This document shows positions 26,161 to 34,284 of a DNA stretch of 64,000 bases, piece after piece (within the stretch, counting starts at the first letter, position 1; the number at the start of each line of letters is the position of its first letter). Made by a program: the position numbers and the translations under genes. The stretch covers positions 11 to 64,010 of the forward strand of contig JAUYPJ010000022.1 in the NCBI GenBank assembly GCA_030697665.1. Direction: 5' to 3'. The notes beneath the pieces were generated by a model. The model was given only the letters and a program-made list of their open reading frames with translations, was not told where the DNA came from and searched no databases. The DNA comes from Candidatus Omnitrophota bacterium. GTDB taxonomy: Bacteria > Omnitrophota > Gorgyraeia > Aquiviventales > Aquiviventaceae.

Positions 26161-27426
26161 TCAGATCAACAGCCACGGCAGCGGAACAGCCACGATGCGA
26201 TCTGTGACCAAAAAGGGCTCGCGCGTCCCGCAGGCCACGATGCCAAACGGCGCGCGCGGCTTGAGATCGCTCAACAACGTCTCCAGCCCTTTGCATTCGC
26301 TCCGGGTGGGTCGTGAGGACCATTTGATTTCGATCGGCAACAGGCGCGCTCCGCGCTCCACCAACAGATCCACCTCGGCCCCTGCCAGCGTTCTCCAGAA
26401 CCACAGTTGGATGCTCGGATCGAAGAGCTCCGTCAGCGTCTTCATCTCGGCGATCGCGAAATTCTCCAACCACGCGCCGCGGCGATCCGACGCCTCGAGC
26501 TGCTCCAATCCCCTGATGCCGGCCAACATCAACGCCAACCCCGTGTCCTCGGAGAAGATCTTTGGCGTTTTAGTCAACCGCTTACCGATATTCACATAGT
26601 ACGGCTCAAGACGAAACAGGTGACATCCCTGCTCCAACAACCCGAGATACCGGTCTACCGTATGATACGACACCCCCAACGCCTGGCCGAATGACGCCAG
26701 GTCTCGGAGTTGCGCCGCGCTCGCCGCGACGAGTCGCCAGACGCGACGGAACTCCTCACGGTGGCGAATCTCTCCGAAATCCGGCAGGTCTTTTTCTACG
26801 AACGCATCGACATAGGCTTCGAGCCATGCGAGGCGAAACGCTTCGCTGCGGCGCCGAGCCACCAGCTCCGGAAACCGTCCTTCGAGGAGATGCTGCGAGA
26901 GGTCTCGCGGGGAGAGGTGAACCCGGTCCGCCGTGGCATGGCACTGGTCAAGCGCCCGGCGCGCCGTCCGGGCCTTCAAACACTCCAGCAGGTGCGGGGC
27001 GTCGCCCACACGGCTCATGCGCTCGCGCAGCGAGAGGCCTCGGAGAAACAATCGGCTGGCACGACCGGCGAGACTTTCCGACACCCGCTTCAGCAGTAAA
27101 AAGTTGGCGGAGCCGGAGAGCAAGAAGCGCCCGGGTCGACGATGGCGATCCACCTGCTGCTTGATGGCATCGAACACCGCGGGGCTCTTCTGCGCTTCGT
27201 CAAGGAAGGCGGGGAGTCGCGCCCCCTCGATAAAGAGCTCTGGATCCTCGTTGGCGCGCTGCCGACTTCCGGAGTGATCGAAGGAGATGCGCTGCCCCAA
27301 GCGAAGCCGGTCGGAAAGCATGTCCACCAGGGTGGTTTTCCCCACCTGTCGCGCGCCCGAGACGAGCACCACCGGAAACTCCCGCCACAGGCGCAGCAGC
27401 CGCCCTTCCGCCTCGCGCTTGATCAT
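26161..27426 (-). CDS. AAA+ ATPase with a C-terminal DUF4143-like domain (COG1373-type)
   Basis: Walker A SGARQVGKTT. Walker B AFLDEAQ. The C-terminus (VDLLVERGARLLPIEIKWSS) is typical of DUF4143. Confidence 0.8.
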   Translation of the reverse strand: MIKREAEGRLLRLWREFPVVLVSGARQVGKTTLVDMLSDRLRLGQRISFDHSGSRQRANEDPELFIEGARLPAFLDEAQKSPAVFDAIKQQVDRHRRPGRFLLSGSANFLLLKRVSESLAGRASRLFLRGLSLRERMSRVGDAPHLLECLKARTARRALDQCHATADRVHLSPRDLSQHLLEGRFPELVARRRSEAFRLAWLEAYVDAFVEKDLPDFGEIRHREEFRRVWRLVAASAAQLRDLASFGQALGVSYHTVDRYLGLLEQGCHLFRLEPYYVNIGKRLTKTPKIFSEDTGLALMLAGIRGLEQLEASDRRGAWLENFAIAEMKTLTELFDPSIQLWFWRTLAGAEVDLLVERGARLLPIEIKWSSRPTRSECKGLETLLSDLKPRAPFGIVACGTREPFLVTDRIVAVPLPWLLI

Positions 27427-27560
27427 CCCACCACCTGTCGCTGGCTTCGCCCACGGCGAAGCCGCATCACGGGCATCGCGTGTCGAGCGGTCAAACCTGA
27501 TGTTCCTCTTGAGGTCGTGATACGTCCCGCCATCTGGCGGGACGCGACAGGTGGTGGGAT
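27425..27560. repeat. CCCACC-terminated palindromic element, 5'-UTR copy (136 bp)
   Basis: Termini ATCCCACCACCTGTCGC ... GCGACAGGTGGTGGGAT. The left end overlaps the ATG of the ATPase gene, and the right end is followed by CA (TGA on the minus strand). Confidence 0.8.
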
Positions 27561-27569
27561 CATACTTGT

Positions 27570-27598
27570 ATTATAGAATCTATAATGCTATTTTACAA
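27570..27598 (-). promoter_or_regulatory. Sigma70-like promoter (TTGTAA - 17 nt - TATAAT)
   Basis: The minus strand reads TTGTAA AATAGCATTATAGATTC TATAAT. The predicted start site lies just upstream of the palindromic element. Confidence 0.55.
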
Positions 27599-27632
27599 GT
27601 CTTGTAACCATCTCCCGCCAGCCGACGCCACG

Positions 27633-27702
27633 TGATCGCCATCCCCAGCGACCCGCCGATGAGCCCTCGCCCGACAATGGGAACACGGTTGAACAAAGCC
27701 AT
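27633..27702 (-). pseudogene. Relic 5' end of tyrA
   Basis: It encodes MALFNRVPIVGRGLIGGSLGMAI, compared with the functional MFQQVTIVGLGLIGGSLGMAI, and then diverges to a stop after 39 codons. It includes direct-repeat copy B (27633..27666). Its ATG lies 3 nt after the stop of the upstream ORF. Confidence 0.7.
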
Positions 27703-27705
27703 CGA

Positions 27706-28518
27706 TTAGTCCACGGACTCAGCTTCTGACACATTCGGACTCGTCACTCGTATACCGACAGCTTTCATGCGATCTTCTAAGATCGGACAGGAGTTGAGCA
27801 ATGCACAGATTCCCAACGCACCGAACAAGTATGAGTCTACGCATGGGCCGGAAGGACCATCGAAAGACCATGCCAAGGCTGTGAGGTGTTCAGGACGCTG
27901 GTAAGGGCATTCGAGTTGCTTGTAGTACCACGGAATATCCTCAACAACTATCTCTGGCTGACACATGCTGTTGCGAGTCACGAACCAAATGACATTGATC
28001 CCGCTTGGATCTAACTGGTTTTGCTTTTCGTTAATCGCTTCCAACACCAATGCTAGTCTGCCCTTGGACTTCTCGGGATCATCCTTGATTTCTTTGAGGA
28101 GTTCCGGTGAGTTGTCATCAGGAAGAGGCTGGTGCTTACAGACATACGTGGTTGTCTTCTCCTCAACCACATCGCCAGCGGCAGTCGCATGGTCGAACCG
28201 TCTTATCTCGACAATGACCCTTTGTCCCTCTCCAAGAGGAAGCACAACGTCATGTGGTCCGCGGGCCGGATGGAGTCTACAACGCTCCTCCAACCTGGGC
28301 TTTGGCCATTCTGTTCCTGGGAAAGTAAGAATCTGCGCCACTCTCAGCACTGCTAGGTGAGCATGAATATTTATGACGGTTCTTTCGTGCTTGATATTAC
28401 TCAAGACGCGCTCACCTCCCGTCCAGCCATAAGCAGCAACGAGATTCTCAGCTTCTTCACGTAGAACGTCGGCGAGATCTGTCCTCGGCGCAAAACACGT
28501 CTGGCATGGCTTGCTCAT
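27706..28518 (-). CDS. Hypothetical protein, Cys-rich, AT-richer, inside the aromatic amino-acid operon
   Basis: 270-aa ORF with no competing ORF on the other strand. I recognise no motif. Confidence 0.5.
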   Translation of the reverse strand: MSKPCQTCFAPRTDLADVLREEAENLVAAYGWTGGERVLSNIKHERTVINIHAHLAVLRVAQILTFPGTEWPKPRLEERCRLHPARGPHDVVLPLGEGQRVIVEIRRFDHATAAGDVVEEKTTTYVCKHQPLPDDNSPELLKEIKDDPEKSKGRLALVLEAINEKQNQLDPSGINVIWFVTRNSMCQPEIVVEDIPWYYKQLECPYQRPEHLTALAWSFDGPSGPCVDSYLFGALGICALLNSCPILEDRMKAVGIRVTSPNVSEAESVD

Positions 28519-28540
28519 GGTTTAGAAGATCGGTTCCGTA

Positions 28541-28566
28541 CTATGGACTATGGACTACGGACTATA
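28541..28566. repeat. Tandem 7-mer array CTATGGA x3.5 (single arm)
   Basis: CTATGGACTATGGACTACGGACTATA. The aroF stop codon (TAG) lies inside the last unit. Confidence 0.85.
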
Positions 28567-29575
28567 AGGAACGTCCCACCACCTTCGCCACCTTCTTGAG
28601 TTCTTTCATCAGATGCGCGAAGCGCTCCGGCAAGAGTGACTGCGGCCCGTCGGAGAGCGCCGCCTCGGGGTTGGGGTGGACCTCGATCATCAACCCGTCC
28701 GCCCCGCCGGCCACGGCGGCTTTAGCCATCGGCTCGACGAGGTCCCAGTGGCCGGTCGCGTGGCTGGGATCGACCACCACCGGCAGATGCGAGAGCTTCT
28801 CGATGACCGGCACGGCCGCCAAGTCCAGCGTGAAGCGCGTCTGATCCTCGAAGGCCCGGATCCCGCGCTCGCACAGGATCACGTTGAAGTTGCCTTGGCT
28901 GACGATGTACTCCGCCGCCAGGAGAAACTCCGTGATCGTCGCCGACAAGCCCCGCTTGAGCAGTACCGCTTTGTGCGACTGGCCCGCTTCTTTCAACAAC
29001 TCGAAGTTCTGCATGTTGCGGGCGCCGATCTGGATGATGTCCGCGTATTTCTCGACGAGCTCGATCTCCCGCACGTCCATCAGCTCGGTGACGACTTTCA
29101 GGCCGGTCGCATCGCCCGCCTCCCGCAGGTACTTCAGACCCTCCTCCCCTAACCCCTGGAAGGAGTAAGGCGAGGTGCGCGGCTTGAACGCCCCGCCACG
29201 CAGGACTTGCGCGCCGGCCCGCTTGACCGCCTTGGCGGTGGCGAGGAGCATCTGCCGGTTCTCAACGGAGCAGGGCCCGGCCATCACCACCAGTTCCTTG
29301 CCGCCGATCTTCACGCCACCGATGCTGATCACGCTCGACTCGGGCTTGAACTCCCGCGAGACAAGCTTGTAGGGCTTGAGCACCGGGATCACCCTCTCGA
29401 CACCGGGGATGACCTCCAGCGGTTGAACCCGCAAGGCGTCTTCCGGGCCGATGACGCCGATGATGGTTCGCTCCGTCCCTTTGGAGACCATCGGCTTCAG
29501 GCCCAAGGCCTTGATCTTCTCCGCGAGATGGGCGATCTGCTGCTTGGTGGCGTTCGGCTTCAGCACGATAATCAT
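28562..29575 (-). CDS. aroF: 3-deoxy-7-phosphoheptulonate (DAHP) synthase, type I-beta, with an N-terminal regulatory domain
   Basis: 337 aa. The N-terminal ~70 aa form a ferredoxin-like/ACT-type domain ([14 protein letters not shown]...). A KDO8P/DAHP synthase I-beta core follows. Confidence 0.9.
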   Translation of the reverse strand: MIIVLKPNATKQQIAHLAEKIKALGLKPMVSKGTERTIIGVIGPEDALRVQPLEVIPGVERVIPVLKPYKLVSREFKPESSVISIGGVKIGGKELVVMAGPCSVENRQMLLATAKAVKRAGAQVLRGGAFKPRTSPYSFQGLGEEGLKYLREAGDATGLKVVTELMDVREIELVEKYADIIQIGARNMQNFELLKEAGQSHKAVLLKRGLSATITEFLLAAEYIVSQGNFNVILCERGIRAFEDQTRFTLDLAAVPVIEKLSHLPVVVDPSHATGHWDLVEPMAKAAVAGGADGLMIEVHPNPEAALSDGPQSLLPERFAHLMKELKKVAKVVGRSL

Positions 29576-29603
29576 GCGTTATCCTCCTGTCATCGATGGG
29601 TTG

Positions 29604-29720
29604 GTGACTGGGTGACTGGGTGACTGAGTGACTGGGTCACGAACTGACAGAGGCATGGGACCTTTTGCATCTGCCCTTGCTGGTTCACTCAGTCACGCAG
29701 TCACACAGTCACTCAGTCAC
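29604..29720. repeat. Short-unit tandem inverted repeat (8-nt units GTGACTGG / CAGTCAC)
   Basis: Left arm GTGACTGG x4 (29604..29640), a 43-nt spacer, then right arm (T)TCACTCAGTCACGCAGTCACACAGTCACTCAGTCAC (29684..29720). The arms are complementary at about 7 of 8 positions per unit. Confidence 0.85.
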
Positions 29721-30810
29721 GAAGCGCGTGGGTGAGGCTGCGGATGAAGCGGCGGTTCTCGGCCATGGTGCCGATCGTCACGCGCAGGCAGCCCGAGAGC
29801 TTCCACGCGCTCATCTCGCGGACGATCACGCCGCGACGCAACAAGGCCTGCGCGACCTCCGGGGCCCGCGGACCCAACTCCAGCAGTAGGAAGTTCGTGA
29901 CGCTCGGCACGTACCGCACCTTGAGCGCATCCAACTGCGTGGTTAGGTAGCGGCGACCCTGCGCCATCGCCCGGCGCGTCCGCGTCAGAAACGCGCGATC
30001 CTCCATCGCCGCAACGGCGGCCGCCTGGGCGAGGCTGTTGACGTTGAACGGCTCGCGGACGGCGTTCATGGCGGCGATCAACGACGGCTGGGCGATCCCG
30101 TAGCCCACGCGCAGCCCGGCCAGCCCGTAGGCCTTGGAGAAGCTGCGGGTAACGATCAGCGGGTAGTCCTTGACGTAGGGCACCGTCCGCGGGTAATCGG
30201 GGGCCTCGACGAACTCGTGGTACGCCTCGTCCACCACGACGATCGCCTGAGGCGGCAGATCCCGCAGGAACGCCTTGAGCTCGCGCGCGGTGACGTAGGT
30301 GCCGGTCGGGTTATCCGGGTTGGCGATGTAGACGAGCTTCGTGTGGGGCGTCAGGGCGGCCTGCATGGCCGCCAGATCGTAGCGGTAGTTCCGCAGCGGC
30401 ACCGCGCTCACCGACGCGCCGCACGCCCTGGCCTGCAGCTCGTAGATCAGAAACGTTGGCGTCGCTACGACCACGTGCTCCCCGGGATCGACGAACGCCC
30501 GCAGCGCCAAGACGATCAGCTCGTCAGAGCCATTGCCAATGAGGAGCGACGCCGGCTCCACGCGCAGGGTTTTGGCCAGCGTCGCGCGCAGCTCGCGACA
30601 GGTCGCATCGGGATACCGATGCAGCGCCGTGGCGGCTGCGCGCAAGGCCGCCAGCGCTTTCGGCGAAGGCCCGAGCGCGTTCTCATTGGAGGCCAGCTTG
30701 ATGACCGAGTCGAGCTTGAACTGCCGCTTGACCTCTTCGATCGGCGTGCCGGGACGATACGTCTCAAGATGGCGCACCGCCGCGCGCGCCCGCGAGTCAA
30801 TGGCTGGCAT
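29713..30810 (-). CDS. hisC: Histidinol-phosphate/aromatic aminotransferase
   Basis: 365-aa class II aminotransferase (SFSKAYGLAGLRVGY with the PLP lysine). Confidence 0.9.
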   Translation of the reverse strand: MPAIDSRARAAVRHLETYRPGTPIEEVKRQFKLDSVIKLASNENALGPSPKALAALRAAATALHRYPDATCRELRATLAKTLRVEPASLLIGNGSDELIVLALRAFVDPGEHVVVATPTFLIYELQARACGASVSAVPLRNYRYDLAAMQAALTPHTKLVYIANPDNPTGTYVTARELKAFLRDLPPQAIVVVDEAYHEFVEAPDYPRTVPYVKDYPLIVTRSFSKAYGLAGLRVGYGIAQPSLIAAMNAVREPFNVNSLAQAAAVAAMEDRAFLTRTRRAMAQGRRYLTTQLDALKVRYVPSVTNFLLLELGPRAPEVAQALLRRGVIVREMSAWKLSGCLRVTIGTMAENRRFIRSLTHALRD

Positions 30811-30813
30811 CGC

Positions 30814-31650
30814 TCACCGCGTCATGGGATAGGAGCCCAGCACCCGCAGCAACGAGGTAGAACCTTCGAGCGCAGCCAAGGCCCGCTTGACCCGCGGCTC
30901 TGTGTCATGGCCTTCCAGATCGATGAAGAAGTAGTACTCCCATGCCTTACGCTTGGAGGGTCTCGATTCGATCTTCGTCAAATTGATGCGCGCCTGTTTA
31001 AAGGGGGCCAACGCATCATACAATGCGCCAGGCCGATCTTTGAGCGCAAAGAGCAGAGCCGTTTTGTTGTGACGGTGCCTGGGGGGTTTTCCAAGACCCA
31101 GCACCAAGAAGCGGGTTTTGTTCTCTCGTTCCTCCGGAATAGGCGTGGCTTTGAGACCCCATTCCTTCGCGGCTTCTTGACGTCCGATTGCAGCAACCGT
31201 TGGAACGAAACCAGGCACGGCTTCTACGACAGCTTTAACTGCCTCAGCAGTTGAACTGGTCTCAGCGAGCCGAACACGGTGCGGGAAATGGGTCTCGATC
31301 CACCTTCGGCATTGCGCGAGCGCCTGGGGATGCGAACAGACGACCTCAACCTTCGAAGGTGGCATGTCTGGGCGAGTGATGAGGTAGTGTTGAATCCGAT
31401 ACTCAACTTCCCCAACAATATTCACGGGCGTCTGTTTAAAATCGATAAACCGGTCGAGCGTGTGCGTCACCGCACCTTCAAGTGAATTCTCCACAGGCAC
31501 AACGCCGAAATTCACCTGCTCACGCTCAACGAACTGAAACACGTCGTCCACCGTCGGAGCGTGGACGTATTTCGCCCGCCGGCCGAACTTCTTTTGCGCG
31601 GCCACGTGGGTATTCGTGTGTTCAGGACCGAGATAGGCAATGGTTGGCAT
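30814..31650 (-). CDS. pheA: Prephenate dehydratase
   Basis: PDT domain plus a C-terminal ACT domain (TRFLVLG, ESRPS motif). Confidence 0.9.
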   Translation of the reverse strand: MPTIAYLGPEHTNTHVAAQKKFGRRAKYVHAPTVDDVFQFVEREQVNFGVVPVENSLEGAVTHTLDRFIDFKQTPVNIVGEVEYRIQHYLITRPDMPPSKVEVVCSHPQALAQCRRWIETHFPHRVRLAETSSTAEAVKAVVEAVPGFVPTVAAIGRQEAAKEWGLKATPIPEERENKTRFLVLGLGKPPRHRHNKTALLFALKDRPGALYDALAPFKQARINLTKIESRPSKRKAWEYYFFIDLEGHDTEPRVKRALAALEGSTSLLRVLGSYPMTR

Positions 31651-31659
31651 CGGGTAGAG

Positions 31660-31956
31660 TCAGACCGATCGCTCAAGGCGGCGAATCTGGCGCAGGATCT
31701 CGCGATAGATCGCGCGCACCGCTTGAGCGGGCAGCGGCCCAGGGTTGGCGCTGACCACCTGGCGCAGGATCGCTCCCTCCCGACGGCCGTCAAAGACGGG
31801 CAGCCCGCGCTGCTGCTTGAGGCGGCCCACCCGCAGGGCGAGCGCCGCGCGCTGGTTCAACACGCGCAGCAACCGCAGGTCGATGCGGTCAATCTGCTGC
31901 CGCAGCGCAGGCAGGTGCTGGCCCTGAGGGGATCTGTTCCGCTTCCGGGGACTCAT
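31660..31956 (-). CDS. Chorismate mutase (AroQ class)
   Basis: The internal ATG at 31956 gives LPALRQQIDRIDLRLLRVLNQRAALALRVGRLK, typical of AroQ. The 5' end overlaps the scpB tail. Confidence 0.8.
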   Translation of the reverse strand: MSPRKRNRSPQGQHLPALRQQIDRIDLRLLRVLNQRAALALRVGRLKQQRGLPVFDGRREGAILRQVVSANPGPLPAQAVRAIYREILRQIRRLERSV

Positions 31957-32524
31957 GTGGTGTCTGGTGGAGCCCCACCGGCGACCCACCAGCCGTCGGT
32001 TCTTTGATCGCCGGCAGGTCAATCGTCGGCAGCGCCTCCAGCGACTTCAGGCCGAAATGGCGCAGGAACTCCGTGGTGGTGCCGTACAGAAACGGACGGC
32101 CGGGGCTCTCCTTGCGACCTGCCACACGGAGGAAACCACGGACCATCAAGGTCTCCAGCGACGCGGTCACATCGACGCCGCGGACGGCCTCGATGTCGGC
32201 CTTGGTGATCGGTTGCCGGTACGCCACGATGGCCAACGTTTCGAGCGCGGCCTGGCTGACCGCATCCGGCTTGGGACTCTGGAGCGCGCGCCGGATCCAC
32301 GGGGCCAGCTGCTCGTCGGTCACGAGCTGGTAGCCCCCGGCGACCTCCTGGATGCGAAAGGCCCGTCCGGAAGCGGTGTACTCGGCGTTGAGCGTCTCGA
32401 TGAGCCGCCGGATCTCAACGGGCGCGACCTCCGGCATGACGTGCGCCAACCGCTTGAGCGCCAGCGGCTCCCCGCAGACAAACAGGAGCGCCTCCACAAT
32501 CCGCTTGCTATCCGCTTCACCCAT
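31889..32524 (-). CDS. scpB: Segregation and condensation protein B
   Basis: IVEALLFVCGEPL...GGYQLVT...VAYRQPITKADIEAVRGV is the ScpB winged-helix repeat pattern. Confidence 0.9.
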   Translation of the reverse strand: MGEADSKRIVEALLFVCGEPLALKRLAHVMPEVAPVEIRRLIETLNAEYTASGRAFRIQEVAGGYQLVTDEQLAPWIRRALQSPKPDAVSQAALETLAIVAYRQPITKADIEAVRGVDVTASLETLMVRGFLRVAGRKESPGRPFLYGTTTEFLRHFGLKSLEALPTIDLPAIKEPTAGGSPVGLHQTPHESPEAEQIPSGPAPACAAAAD

Positions 32525-32526
32525 TT

Positions 32527-32554
32527 CTATGGACTATCGACTATGGACTGACTC
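32527..32554. repeat. Tandem 7-mer array CTATGGA-type (single arm) forming the last codons of scpA
   Basis: CTATGGACTATCGACTATGGACTGACTC. It encodes the scpA C-terminus SQSIVDSP followed by TAG. Confidence 0.8.
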
Positions 32555-33273
32555 GCCGGATCCCGGAGGGCGATCAGGATGTCGGCAAAAGGCCGCTCCT
32601 GGATCGCATGCGCCACGAGCTGGCGCATGAGCTCAAGGAGCGCCAGGAACGTCACGACGAGCTCCAGCTTGCTCTGCTGGGGGCTGAAGAGCTCCTGGAA
32701 CGTCACCTGGCGTCTCACCGTCAAGACCATCTTCAGCTCGCGCACCTTCATCTCGACGGTCCACGGCTCGACGGTCACCTCGTACACCGGGGCGCTGGCG
32801 CGCGAGAGCACCTTGGCAAACGCGCCCATGAGATCCGTGAGGCCCACCTCCACCGCTCCCTCATCGGGTGGGCGCTCACCGACGGCCTGGGCCTGCGCCG
32901 GCGATCGCAGGAAGTGCTGGTGCTGCAGCGCGTGCAGCTCCGCCAGGAGCTGGGCCACCGTTTTGAACTGCTCGTACTCTTTCAGCCGCCGCTCGAGCTC
33001 TTCCAGGCTGATCGGGGCGTCGTCCTCCTCCATGGGCTGCGCAGGCTGCGGCAACAACCCTCGCGCCTTCAGCTCCACGAGGCTGCCGAGGAGCGGCAAC
33101 GGCTCGGCCAGCTCATTCACCTGAGCGGGGGAAGAGGCCTTCACCTGCACGAGATACGGCTGGGTGAGGTCGATCAGCTTGATCATGAACAGATCGATGA
33201 GGTGGAGCTTGGCCAGCTCCACGAAGAGCGGCAACGGCCCCTCGTAAAGATCGAGCGTCGCGTCGTATCTCAT
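32527..33273 (-). CDS. scpA: Segregation and condensation protein A
   Basis: LDLYEGPLPLFVELAKLHLIDL is the kleisin ScpA N-terminus. The gene is adjacent to scpB. Confidence 0.85.
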   Translation of the reverse strand: MRYDATLDLYEGPLPLFVELAKLHLIDLFMIKLIDLTQPYLVQVKASSPAQVNELAEPLPLLGSLVELKARGLLPQPAQPMEEDDAPISLEELERRLKEYEQFKTVAQLLAELHALQHQHFLRSPAQAQAVGERPPDEGAVEVGLTDLMGAFAKVLSRASAPVYEVTVEPWTVEMKVRELKMVLTVRRQVTFQELFSPQQSKLELVVTFLALLELMRQLVAHAIQERPFADILIALRDPASQSIVDSP

Positions 33274-34268
33274 GCGAGGCCGAATGCGGCCTTCACGTCC
33301 GCCATCGTCTGCTGGGCGATCGCCCGGGCCTTGCGCGCCCCCTCCTGCAGCAGGCGCTCCACCATGCCATACCGATCGCCGGCCGGCGAGTCGTCCAGCC
33401 GCTTTCGCGCCGCTCGAAACGGCTCGGTGACGCGCCCCAGCACCTCGGCCAGCTCCGCCTTATTCTGGGCGCAGCCCCGCGCGGCGGTTCGGCACTCCTC
33501 CCACACCTGCGCGTGCTGCGCGGGGGCGAACAGGCGCCAGTAGTGGCACACGTTGCATCGCTCCGGATGCCCCGGATCGCGCATCTTGATGCGCGTGGGA
33601 TCGGTGAACATCGTCTGGGCGATCCGACGGATGCCGTCGGGCGATTCGGACAGATCGATGGTGTTGCCGTAGCTCTTGGACATCTTCCGCCCATCCGTGC
33701 CGAGCAGCTTCGGCGAGTCGGTCAGGAGCGCCTGCGGCTCCGGAAACAGCGTGCGCTTGCACAAGGCGTGGAGCCGGCGCACGATCTCGCGCGCGAGCTC
33801 CAGGTGCGGCAACTGGTCTTCTCCGACGGGGACGAACTGCGCCCGATAGAGGAGGATGTCGGCCGCCTGGAGCACAGGATAGCCCAAAAACCCGTAGGTC
33901 GTCACGTCGCGCCCCTCCAGCTCCCGCAATTGCTCCTTGTAGGTGGGGACGCGTTCGACCCAGCCCAACGGGGTGATGATCGCCAGGATGGCAAACAGCT
34001 CGAGGTGCTCCGGCACGTCTGACTGGCGGAAGACCACGCTCCGGGACGGATCGATCCCGCAGGCCACCCAGTCGAGGACGTTCTGATACGCGTGCTCGCG
34101 AAGACGCTCCGGGTGCTCATACTCGCTCATCAGCGCATGGTAGTCGGCAACCATGAAGCAGCAGTCGTACGTCTCCTGAAGCCGCGTCCAGTTGTGCAGC
34201 ACCCCGACCAGGTGCCCAAGATGGAGCGGACCTGTTGGACGCATCCCGCTGAGAACCCGTGGCTTCAT
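33270..34268 (-). CDS. trpS: Tryptophan--tRNA ligase
   Basis: The ATG at 34268 gives MKPRVLSGMRPTGPLHLGH. KMSKS is present. The ORF track over-extends to 34445. Confidence 0.95.
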   Translation of the reverse strand: MKPRVLSGMRPTGPLHLGHLVGVLHNWTRLQETYDCCFMVADYHALMSEYEHPERLREHAYQNVLDWVACGIDPSRSVVFRQSDVPEHLELFAILAIITPLGWVERVPTYKEQLRELEGRDVTTYGFLGYPVLQAADILLYRAQFVPVGEDQLPHLELAREIVRRLHALCKRTLFPEPQALLTDSPKLLGTDGRKMSKSYGNTIDLSESPDGIRRIAQTMFTDPTRIKMRDPGHPERCNVCHYWRLFAPAQHAQVWEECRTAARGCAQNKAELAEVLGRVTEPFRAARKRLDDSPAGDRYGMVERLLQEGARKARAIAQQTMADVKAAFGLA

Positions 34269-34284
34269 CAACAACAGGATTGAC

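Larger units (their letters stand above)
26123..27632. other. ~1.5 kb insertion bounded by the duplicated tyrA 5' end
   Basis: It contains a replacement tyrA start, the AAA+ ATPase gene, a palindromic element and a strong promoter-like site. It is bounded by the 34-bp direct repeats. Confidence 0.6.
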
